NCBI GenBank assembly: GCA_036172245.1
Contig: JAYWIR010000090.1
Location: forward strand, 62,001-126,000
Reading direction: 5' to 3'
Length of the DNA stretch: 64,000 bases
Source: Raillietiella orientalis
Taxonomy: Eukaryota
This document shows positions 48,139 to 59,216 of the stretch, piece by piece; the stretch's first letter is position 1; each line of letters begins with the position of its first letter. A program made the position numbers and the translations under genes. A model generated the notes under the pieces. It was given only the letters and a program-made list of their open reading frames with translations, was not told the DNA's origin and made no database searches.

Positions 48139-51100
48139 GCACGGACGTGTTCTGTGTTGCTCCTCGAGCGTAATTGCTTTCCGTCTTTTTGTGTGTGGTG
48201 TGCTCAAGTGCGTCCACTGGGATGTCCACGGAGCCCCTGCAGCAAAAGATGGATGTGGAGGCTGCTTCTGGCAGTGGAGACTGTACTCCAGATGTCCGGT
48301 CCGCCTCTGATTCTTGTGTCTCGCCACCCCCGAGAAGCTTTGCCGCCGTCGTCAAGGCGGCGGCAGCCAACGGAGCACCGCCCGACGAAGCGGAGCTGCA
48401 GACATATGCAACCCATGGCTACAAGCCTGCGCTCTGCTATCCGGTGAGTGCTGCGATCTCCGACGGGGTCGGAGAAAACCTTTGGGATGAGCTCTTGCGC
48501 GTCGGGTCCAACAGGACGACCTGCTGGCCGTCATGCCGGTTAACGCGCTCGGACAATGGGAGGTTCACTGCAAAGAGGCATACCTCTTCCAGCGCCTTCT
48601 CCGCACCCCGCTAAATATCCGCGGGAAGGAGGTCGTCCCGTTGGCAACGGACCAGTCGTTCGTGGTCCGATTATCCGCCGTCTAGGTGAACACGCCCGAT
48701 CGCGTGCTCGTCGCTGCACTAAGTGCATTCGCCACGGTGCACGCGCTGTGGAGAGCAGACAATCCGATCAAAAGGATTGCATCTCTCTACAGCGGACTTG
48801 CCATGGCGCGTGTCACAATGGCGGATAGGAGGTAAATGCCTCCGCACTTGCAGGTGGGCGATGCGATCGTCCACCTTAAATTTGCCGGTCAGCGACCGGC
48901 TAGCGGCATTTGCGGTGCAGAGGGCCACCGTCCGTGGACGTGCCCTTCACGCAACTGCCGCTATTGTAAACAGCTCGGTCACTCCATCAAAGAGTGCGCC
49001 GAGCTGAAGAGAAAGCGGCAGGCGAAAAGCCGCCAACAATCGACCCCGTCCGCGCCGAAAAGATCCCCCGTTGTGCCACGGGAGAAATCGAGCGCGAAGG
49101 GCGGGGCATCTTCGAGTGGCGGTCCCGCAAAAAAGGGCGCGCTTGCTTCAGGGAAGCCACCATCCCAGACAGCCGCGCAGACGGGAAAAATGCCACGACG
49201 CCCTGGGGGCAAATCGCCCCCTTTGAAACAGCCTAAGAGTGCGGGCACGCACTCAATCAAGGCTGCTGAACCGACCGCGTCCGCTTGCGCGTCCAGCGGA
49301 GCACACGGGGAACCGTGCGCGCGTACCCTCAGAGCTGCCTCTGAACGGCAGTCTCCTCCTACGGCGGTGGAGATCACGTCTTCCACGCCGAAGTCACGAG
49401 CAGCGAAGGCTGCAATAGCGCCTTGCGGGACGACGGCAATGACCGCCGTTTCGCCCGCATCGGCTAAGGAGCAGGTGCAATGCGTAACGGGGACGGAGCC
49501 GTCTCCCGTCGCGAGCGCGAAACGTGAGCCGGCATCTCCGGCCAAACAATTGAGGGAGGCATCGGCCTCCCTGGAAAGCGTCCCCGACACGGGCTGAACT
49601 CGCGTCTCCAGGACGCCCACAAAGGGGAAGAAGAAGGTTGACCCTTCAATATTCCCCATCCTTAAGGTGGGTGGGAGGCAAAAGAGAAGAACGCCGAAGA
49701 AGGTGCGTACCCAGGTATGCACTACGGCTGCGTGCTCTGTCTTTGTCGCTACGCGGGAGAGGGCGGCTGCGGAAGCCGAAGCGCCGGAAGCTGCGTTGGC
49801 GACCAAGACGACCCCCGCGCGGGCAGGGCAAGCCTCCACCTGCCGAAACAAAAAGAGACTCTCAAAACGCCAGTCTCGCGCTAGGCACTCGGACTCCGAG
49901 GTGATGTCCGAGTGCAAACAAATAGAGCGCGCATCCCGGGGTACGCCGGTAGCGCACCGGGCTAAAGTATCAAAGCACGAGCCTGTTGCCGAAGGCGGTC
50001 CTGTCTCCTGCACGGAGACCGAGGCGATGATCCTTGGCTCCCAGGACTCAGCTGGGCGCGATGTGGCGGCTAACGCGAGCGATTCCGCTTCCCAATCCGC
50101 TGTCCTACCAGGTGACTCGTCGCCGGACGGGGCGAGAAGCACGCCGTCATGTCCGCAGCAGTGATGCGTGGACTCGCGTCCGTTCGTCGCTTCAGCGTGG
50201 CCTGTTGGAATGTCAACGGGCTACGTGATGCTCACAAAAGGCAGACGGTAGCCAACGTTTTGCGCGCGTTCGATCTGGTGCTGCTGCAGGAGATACATAG
50301 CATCTCCGAACGGCAGGCACTGGATCTGGAAGAGCGCGCGGGCGGGACGCTACACTGGCGGCAAGGCTCCGCGCACACGTGCGGAGTCGCGTTCCTCGTC
50401 CGAGGCAGGGTGGCGGAGGCGGTGCGGAACGTTTCTTTCGACGAGGAAGGTCGTGTGGGCCAACTTGTCCTCAAGTGGTCCGAATCGATCGACCTGGTCG
50501 TTACGAACACCTACGCGCCCAGCGGCGGCCGGCATTACGCCCAGCGACTTGCATTCCTGGGTGGCCTGCGCAGCCGCTGGCTTGCTGACTCCGGCCCTAA
50601 CGTGGCGCACCTCCTTGCAGGAGACTTCAACGTCCACCTGCTAACAGCGGAGAGATGCCGCTTGAGGGAGAAGCAACTGGTGAGCAAGGTATGCGCGTCC
50701 GTCCGCGTGCAAAACTTGCTTCCTGGTGAGCCCGGGTTGGAAAGATCGCCGGACCATGCGTTCCTCGATGAACACCTGCTCTCACGAGTAGGTCGGAGAG
50801 GGCGTTTGCTGTCCGCGATTTCGGATTATCCGAGACTGGAGTTCGAGCTTCTCCCGCCTGGCAAAGGGCGTCCGATGAATGTCTGGATGGTACCGGCCGA
50901 CTGGCTTAGCAATTCGGAGGCGGCGGAGCATCTTCGCCAACACCTCCGGGGCTTCGCCATCCGTTAACTCGAGGACTGGGACGATCTGAAAAGATCGGTC
51001 CGCGAGTTCTGCTGCCGGTTCCCCTTGCACCTGCTTCCCCGCGGCTTCGGGGAGGGTGTCGCGAACAGCAGATCCTATCTGCAGGCGCGTACCTTCTTTC

Positions 51101-51220
51101 GATGCCCGGACGTCCGGTGTCTGGCGGAGTACAAGGCCAGGGCCGAGCGCCAGGTTCGGCAGTCTGGAGCGGCTTGTCTGCTCGATGACGCTGGCCAGGA
51201 ATGCTCGGCTGCAGCCGAAG
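48139..51220 (+). mobile_element. LINE family I (5' UTR, ORF1, APE), antisense in H ORF1; interrupted by J
   Basis: GGACGTGTT at 48143; degenerate ORF1 about 48222..50164 with CRYCKQLGHSIKEC; TGATG 50162-50166; APE ORF 50149..50967. Confidence 0.9.
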
Positions 51221-53390
51221 TTTGTCACCCTGATATGCCGGGGCATTTATTATTCTAATTTTTTACAAAAATCAGATAATAAAGTCTTTAAAAAGATGTT
51301 TTCTGTGGGGAAACACTGGGTTCTCCCACCTTGCTCGACGTGTCGGTTGCTGGTGCAAAGACCGGTTAGGTCCATTCCCGAGGCGCAAGGGAAGGGAAAA
51401 CTAGAACGAAAACAAACAAACAGAAAGATAACGGGGAGGGAAACAGTTGTATGGGGAGAGGAAGGGGGCAGGGAAGGGATCACTGGGCGCCTGGTTCGGT
51501 CCTCCGCATCCTGTTGAGGATGCAGTCGAATTCGGTTTTTATTGTGGAAGGTAGACGCCACCTTGTCGCCGTCTCTAAAGAGATCGTCGTCCAGTGGATG
51601 GCGTCCCTGCATCTTGGGCCTCTTCTTCTGGCGTGCCACCTTTGCACAATGACGCGCAAGCAGCAGAGAACTGCTAGAGACGCAGCAAGGCGCAGGCCGT
51701 CACGCAGAAAGAGGCGACGGTAAATTTCCTTAGGGTCGCCTACTGGAAGATGGAGGATTGGGGCGATTTGACTCCAGAGTCCATCCAGGGCGACACACTC
51801 GAGGGTGAGATGCAAGAAGGTTTCTCTTTCTCCGCACTCGACACAGCGGCCATCAACATTCCCCAGTGTCTAGTGAGACAGGCGTGCTCTGCTTAACAGT
51901 CCCCAGTGCAGAAATAGGAACGCCGTCTCCTGCCACTTCAACGGTAGTGTGCCGCAATCCCAACACTCTGGGGGCCACTTTACCTCCTCCGGAGGTATCG
52001 CGAGCCGCACTCCCCAGCGCCCAAGTCCGTGAGGAGGGACGCTCGGGATGGCAGCGTCCGCGAGCTCCCGAGTCGTCCACGCCTTTAAAGGTTTTTTCCT
52101 GCCTCGGAAGAGGCAGGACACTTCCCACGATGCCCGCTCGTTGCTGCGCCGAGTGTTTTTTAGAAAGAACAGAACGGGGGCAAGGGGGCTGAAAGAAGCC
52201 CACAGAAACTTCCGGGGCGTGTTGATAATATCCTGCAGCGGCTGTCGAGCGTACGGTTCTCGTCGTAGGCAGTTGTATTCCGCCTCGCTCGTGCCGTTGA
52301 TCCTAGCCCACGCGGAAGCTGACTCCTGAAGCCAGGCAGTGCAGTTCGCGAGGAGGCAGGAGATCCAGGTATTCTCCCTCATCAGGGCGACCATCTGGCG
52401 CCAATCGGGGCCACAGTTAGAGAGGCTGAGCTGGTAGGCCACGAAGATCGAGGACAATCCTTCGCAGCCGGTCGCTCTTCTGGCGAGGAGCCGTGCGGGA
52501 TCGCACAATGGCGTCATCTATAAGCTAGCCGCAAGGGATAACTTCCGAAGTGTTGTCTGTAGTTGGATGCGCTCCAACGTAAGGAGGCCCAAGCCACCAT
52601 CCCTGCGTGGAGCGAACAAGTCTTTCAATCGGACACGCGACCTCGCTGTGCCCCAAAGGGCAGTCCTCAATAGGGTTTTGGGTCCGTCTCTGTATGATGA
52701 AAGGGGCGGGGCAAACAAAAAGTAAGGGGCGAAGGAGGGGGGCCGCGAACGCGTTCCACACCGCGGAGCGCTCCTGGAAGTAAAACTTGCCGTTCCGAAA
52801 CGGGCCGATCGCCAGCTCCACCTTTTGGAGACGGTCGGACCAGGCTTCTGCAACGCAGAAGTCCCCCAACATAACGCCAAGTTACTTGAAGCACCTGCCC
52901 GTGGGGATCCCCAAGCGGATCCAGTCCGGCCGTCCGGCCCACGCCGTATTGTTTAAAAGTAGTGGTGATGTTGGAACGATGGAAGATTTCTCTCTGTTCA
53001 CCTCGAGGCCCGTCCCGCGGCGCAGCAACTCAAAGAAATCTTCGAGCGCCGACGCCGGGATGGACCCGGGGAGCAGGAGCAGAAGGTCGTCGGCGTAGGC
53101 CGACACGGCAGGCGTGCCGGAACACGAGCTTGGCAGGGTTGCTAGACTCTCCCTGTAAGCCCTCAGCACCAGCTCGAAGTAGATGCTGAAGAGCATGGGG
53201 CTCAGACTGTCACCCTGCCTTATGCCACGCCGAACCGCCACGCCGTACACGTGCCGGCCGCTGAAAGAGATGTTTATTAGAGCGAAGCGCCAGCAGGAGC
53301 GCAGGTAAGCCCGGAAGACGGCCGGGAATCCCAAGCGTTCCAGGAGCTCCAGAAGGAGTTCCTGGTCGACGCAATCGAACGCTTTACGTC
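51221..53390 (-). mobile_element. LINE copy J, 3' segment (from RT motif KAFD to the 3' end), antisense in I
   Basis: ORFs 52882..53334 (YADD), 51870..52517, 51480..51815 resemble the F C-terminus; ends AATAAATGCCCCGGCATATCAGGGTGACAAA. Confidence 0.9.
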
Positions 53391-53482
53391 GGCTAGAGCG
53401 GACGTGTTTCCTCGGTGCTACTCGTGCCGGGAACCGTCCCTAGGTGTAGGCTTCGTGTGTGGTGGTGGTCGATCAGGCTGCA

Positions 53483-55201
53483 ATGCCTGACGCGACCACC
53501 AGTACGTGTCAGGGGGCGGTGGCAACGTCGCCTCCTGAAGAAATGGAGTGCCAGGTGGCGGCGGCAACGTCGCCTCTAGAGAAGGTGGAGTGCCAGAGGG
53601 CGGCGGCAACGTCGCCTTCAGTGGCGAAGGAGGTGGGGGCGTCCGCCCCCACAAGACCGGTCCCCGCTGCAGCGCGGGCGTGGAGCGCCGTCGTGTCGGC
53701 GCCATCGCCTGCAGCCGCGGCGGAATTATCTGCCTATGTGGAAGAGGGGTATAACCCATCACTATTCTACAAGGTAGGAAATTTGTATTCTGCTGAGAGT
53801 GCGCGCGCCTTTTCGAAGGGAATGCGCGCTCTCGATGTTAAAGAGGAGGAGCTCTGCGCTATGACCATTCGTAGCGGGTGTCAGTACGTTGAGGTCATCT
53901 GCAAACATGCAGAGCTGGCCCAACGACTGCTTAAAACCCCCGTGGTAATGGGGACACGCAGGCTCCTTCCCGTTACGGCGGACCACAGTATAATGGTCCA
54001 CCTTTTAGGAGTTACCGCGCGGATGCGGAAAGAACAGTTACGCGCCGCGTTGGGAAAAGAAGGCACGGTCCATGCAGTATAGACCAAGCCTAGTCCTTTC
54101 GAGGACTATACCACAGTTCAGTGCGGCCTCACGGCTGCCCGTGTAACCGTTCGGGAGGGCTCTACCCTTCTCCACAAACTGGTGGTCGGCGGAGAAAGCG
54201 TCGACCTCTGGTACGTGAGGAAGCCCAAATACTGTGGCTTCTGCAACACGTCGGGACACCTCAAAAGGAGGTGCCCCAACGTACGGTGCCTGGTATGCGG
54301 GACAATGGGCCACACGAAGGTAGTGTGTCCACAATCCGCTGTGCGTGTGGTTTCCGCGAGGAACCTAAAAAAACGCGCGCGGCTGCTACAGAAAAAACTG
54401 GCGGCGAAGGCTGCCGCTCAAGCTGTGCCACCCACTCCCGTGGTCCAGGCCTCAGCCGACACCCCGACAACGAATGCCGAAAAGATTGACAAAAGCGGTC
54501 AGGTGTTGGAATGGCAAGAAGTCACAGCGAAAAAGAAAAAAAATTCGAAGAAAAAACGACGAATCGAAAAAAAGCTCGCCTACCAAAATAGAAAACAGCA
54601 GGTTAGCGAGACTTTAAAAGAATGCAGCGTCGTCGTGGAATGCGTCCCCGCAGAACGCCGCAAGGTAGAAATCGCTGCTACCGACGAGCAACCCACTGTT
54701 GAAAATGTCAACAGCGTGGGGAGCGAACCGGCGGAAGCGTCCGTCATCGAGACCGTGATCGATGACGCCGCTTTCGAGCGTGCGGCGGAGGAGCTGGCTG
54801 CATCGCTGCAGCCAGACCCCTCCAAGGCTGGCAAAAAGGCAGTGAGGCGTCCGGCCTCCACCGAAGAGTCGGTAACTTCCGACCCCGAAGCGCAGGCCGG
54901 AAACCAAGTTTCCATCTCCGCGGCACCCCGCCGGAAGGCTGGAAGGAAGTCCAGCAAACCCCGGAAAGCCCCTCTCCAGGTCCAAGGCGTGGAGATCACT
55001 TCCGACTGCGAGGGTGCCATGAGCGTGGGAGAATCCCGGGAATCGTCACCCGAGAGACCACCACGCACTGACACGGAGGAGATGGAGGGGGTTGAAGCCG
55101 GAAAGGTACCCAAGGTGCCTGAGGAGGCTGAAACCCTAATGGTCATCTCACCCGCCTCTTCGGAGGCGGGTTCCCCCACACCGTCATCTTCCCGGCAGTA
55201 A
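53483..55201 (+). pseudogene. F2 ORF1 (2 zinc knuckles), single in-frame TAG at 54080
   Basis: ORFs 53459..54082 and 54182..55201 are in the same frame; CGFCNTSGHLKRRC, CLVCGTMGHTKVVC. Confidence 0.88.
53506..53631 (+). repeat. 42-bp x3 coding tandem repeat in F ORF1
   Basis: CQGAVATSPPEEME / CQVAAATSPLEKVE / CQRAAATSPSVAKE; core GGCAACGTCGCCT. Confidence 0.85.
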
Positions 55202-58200
55202 TGCCGGGAATCTCCTCCCGCCGTCGTCTGCGCATCGCCGTTTGGAACGTGAACGGCATGACAGACGCCGACAGGAGACGAGACATGGCCGCCATTCTAG
55301 GATCGTTTGACCTTGTGCTGCTGCAGGAGATCCATGTGATTTCTGCAGAACAAGCGCAGGAGATCGAACGCATCTACGGAGGGCGGCTGTGGTATTGGTG
55401 TGGAACATCGAGAAGTTGTGGTGTCGCCTACCTGCTTCGGCCCGCCATCGAGGCCGCCGCCCGTGGAGTTCGGTTCTACGATCACGGTCGTGTCGGCCAG
55501 CTGACTCTCAGCTGGTCCGACTCGATCGACTTGATCGTTACGAACGTTTACGCCCCGAGCGGAGCAAACCTGACCAACAGGAGGGCCACGAAAGAATATT
55601 TCCTTGCCCTCCATCGCGACTGGTTGACCGAGGCAGGCGTGCGGAATGCCCATCTGGTTGCAGGCGATTTTAACGTTCGTCTGAAACCGGATGGGCCGAA
55701 TCAGAAGCGTGACCTGGTCAAGGAGGTGTGCGCGGCGGTGCACACTTGTAATTTGTTGGCCAGTGTACCAGGGATGGAGGACAACATCGATCACGTGTTC
55801 CTTGACGAGCACCTGTGCACTCGTGTGGGCAGGCGCTGCAAGTTGCCGTGCGAGTTGTCCGACCATCGACCAATCGTGATTGAAATCCATCCGCGTGACA
55901 GGGGCCCCCCTTGTCAGCGTGGCGTTTGCCAGGGGACTGGGTGAAGATCCCGGATGCGACGGAAAATCTCCGCACGTTTATACGGAGCTTTAGGATGCAG
56001 ACACTTCAGGATTGGGACCGCTTCAAACGGTCGGTCCAGGAGTTCTGCGACCAGTTCCCTCTGCACCGCCTACCTGCGGGATTTGGGGACGGGGTACGTA
56101 TCTGGAGGCTCGCCGTTACGTTAAGACCCCGGACATCCGCAGGCTGGCGGAATACAAAGCGGGAGCCGAGAGGCAAGTTTGGCAGTCAGGATCGGCCAGC
56201 TTGCTGGACGATCAGGGCCAGGAGCATTCGGCACCCGCTCAGATCCGCGGTCTGCTGCGGCGTTTTTACTTCTCCCTGTACGCAAGAACGCCTCCCGAGC
56301 GGGATTTCTCACGAATCCTGCTTCCGGAAGGCGCTTCTGCGATCGGGGAAGAGGAGAAAAAGTCCATCGACGAGTCTTTCACGATGGGCGAGATCATCTC
56401 TGCCATCGGAAAGCTCAAGAGGCGAAAGGCTCCAGGGGAGGACGGCCTGTCCGCGGAGTTTTATCAAACTTTCGCTGCTGAGCTAACCCCCCTGGTACAT
56501 CAACTCACGTTGCTGATACGCGAGACAGGTGACGTTCCCGCCTCGTTTCGTTCGGCAAAGGTGCGGCTTCTCCCTAAGGGAGGAGATCTGAGGAGCATGA
56601 GCAACTTTCGTTCCATCACAATAGTGAATGCGGATGCCAAGTTGATAGCTAAGGTTTGAGCTGAGCGCTTGCGACGGGTTGCAAACGCCTTCATCAGCCC
56701 GGAACAGACGTATGCTGTTCCGGGGCAAAGCATGGAGGCGAACCTGTTCCGCGCTTCCACCTGGCTAGAGCTCCAACACGAAAGGGGCTTGATGCGCACC
56801 GGGAATTCCGGTGAGTCCGTCAGTCATGCGACGGATGTTCGGATGGGGGAGGGGGCACTTGCGGTCGCTGCCGACTTGCGTAAACCATTCGACAGCGTCG
56901 ACCAGAAACTCCTGCTGGAGCTTTTGGAACGCTTGGGCTTCCCGGCCTCATTATTGGCCTATCTGCGCTCTAGCTGGCGCGATGCGCAAATCAATGTTAC
57001 TTTCAGCGGGCATACTGTTCACGGCGTGCCGGTGCGACATGGAATCCAACAAGGAGACAGCCTGAGCCCCTTGCTCTTCAGTACCTACTTTGAGTTGGTA
57101 CTGAAAGCGTACAGGGAAACTCTGGCGCACCTGCCGCATGAATGCGCCGGAACGCCTGCGGTTTCAGCATATGCGGACGACCTCCTGCTACTGCTCCCTA
57201 TGTCCACCCCGGCTTTGGCGGTCGAGAAGTTCTTCGACCTGCTGAATCGAGGAACCGGGCTTACGGTGAACATGGCTAAGTCGTCCGTGATGCCAGTTGG
57301 TGCGGAGTGGGTATGGCAGCAGGACTGTTTCCGTTTGGGGATCCCCACGGTGAGGTACTTCAAGTACCTTGGTGTGCCGTTGGGGGACTACTCCTTTGCG
57401 GAAGCGTGGTCCGGCTGCCTTCAAAAAGTAGAGACAGCTATCGGCCCGTTCCGAGGCGGCAGGTTTTTCCTGCCTGAACGGGCCACGGTTTGGAACATGT
57501 TCGCGGCCCCCCTCCTTCGCCCCCTACTTTTTGTGTGCCCTACCCCGTATCAAATTAGGACACGGACTAGGGGCCTTATACGGAAAGCCCTCTGGGGCAA
57601 CCGGAGGCCTCGCGTCCGGCTCAAAGACTTGTGCGCTCCACGCAGGGACGGTGGACTTGGTCTCCTGACGTTGGAGCGCATGGAGCGACAGCTCCAATTC
57701 AGAAAACTTGCCCTTGTGGCAAAGTTTCGGACAGCACCCTGGTGTGCACCAGCAAGACTCCTTGCTCACAGGACAACCGGCTGCTTCGGATTGACTTCAA
57801 TTTTGGTAGCCAACGAACGCAGCCTGAACCATTGTGGTTATCAGCTGCGGGATTTGGTTGCTCTGATGAGAGACAACCCTGTGATCTCCTGCATCCCAGC
57901 GGACTGGACTACCTGGCTTCAGGAGTCCGTATCCGCATGGGCGAAGATCAATGGCACCAGCGATGAGGACTTCTCCTGCCTCCGCAGAGGGAGGCACGCC
58001 GGTCAGCCACTCCAGGAGATCGTTTCCAACCCACGGAAACTTCTGTGGGCTTCCTTCACCTTCCTTGCCCCAGTGCTGCCCTTCCTCAGGGAAGTTCGGG
58101 ACAGCCACCAACAGGCATCGTGGGAAGTGTCCTGCCTCATCGGAGGCAGGAAAAAATCACTGAAGGCGTGGACGCCGAGGGAACTAGCGGACGAGGGAAC

Positions 58201-58774
58201 TAGTACCCGGAGTGTCCCGCCGAACGGACTTTTACGCTGGGGCGCGCTGCTCGGTATACCTCCGGAGGAGGTGAAGTGGCCCCCAGCGTCATGGGACAAC
58301 GTCACCCTTCCCCTGCAGTGGCAGGAGACGGCGTTGCTTCTGCTCCACTGGGGACTTTTAAGCAGAGCACGCCTGTCTCGCTGGACATCGGGGAATGTGG
58401 ATGCTAGTTGTGCAGAGTGCGGGGAAAGGGAGACTTTCCCCCACTTGATTCTGGAGTGTGTTGCCCTTTACGAAATGTGGGACAGACTCTCGTCGATCCT
58501 CAACATTCCGGAGAGTGACCCAAAAAATTTATCCAGACGCCTTCTGACGCGAGACGGCTTGCCAGCCTCCGGGAGCGTAGCAGTGCTCTGCTGCATACGC
58601 GGTATCCTGGAGAAGTGGACCGCGTCTAGGAGAGGAAGGACCAGCCGGAATGCCATCCACTGGGCAGCGATCTCCTTGGAGAAAGCGTGCCGTTGGCGCC
58701 GACTTCAAAAACATTTACCGGCACTTGTTCGCATCCGAAATCGGATGCAAAGGCCTGCTCACGGCGCACCGTGA
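55201..58774 (+). pseudogene. F2 ORF2 (APE-RT-CCHC), same lesions as F1
   Basis: ORFs 55201..55944, 56012..56659, 56669..58774. Confidence 0.92.
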
Positions 58775-59038
58775 TCCCCTCCCTCCCTCCCGCTCCCTGA
58801 AAACATTGCCCTCCAGACGTTTTTCTTTTTTTGTTTTGTTTTCTGTTTATTTTCCCCGTCCCGGCGCCAGTGAAGGACTTTATCGGCCTCCGGGTCGATA
58901 AAGACAAGTGCTATTGAACTTCAATGAACGTCTGACGTCCGAAAAAGAAATTTTTTTTTTAACAACAAAGACCTTATTACAAAATTTTGTAATGTCAGAA
59001 TTTCAGTAATAAATGCTCCGGCTTACCCGGGTGAAAAA

Positions 59039-59216
59039 CCTGAGCTGGGCTGGAGCGTTCTTGGCCCTGATGGTCCAGCAAGCAGGCCTAGGCTAACTGC
59101 CAGGCCTGCCTCTCCGCCACAGCCTTGAATTCTGCCAAGCGACGGACGTCGGGATGACTGGAATAACGGCGGGCCGGAAGGTATGCCCGCTCGTGCTGAC
59201 TCCCCCGCCGAATCCC
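59039..59216 (-). mobile_element. Host ORF2 fragment (duplicate of 9621-9798; possibly the upstream continuation of J)
   Basis: Matches 9621-9798 at offset 49,418. Confidence 0.85.

Larger units (their letters stand above)
53394..59038 (+). mobile_element. LINE family F, copy F2, full length (about 5.6 kb), uninterrupted
   Basis: GAGCGGACGTGTTTCC start; ORF1 53483..55201; TAATG; ORF2 55201..58774; same 3' terminus as F1. Confidence 0.93.

Noticed and set aside
53506..53631. CRISPR-like repeat
   Set aside because: It is an in-frame 42-bp coding repeat with homologous 'spacers', and there are no cas genes.
12107..59038. An intact autonomous element
   Set aside because: All full-length copies (C1, C2, B2, A2, F2) have stops or frameshifts in both ORFs. 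A few homopolymer frameshifts could be sequencing errors.
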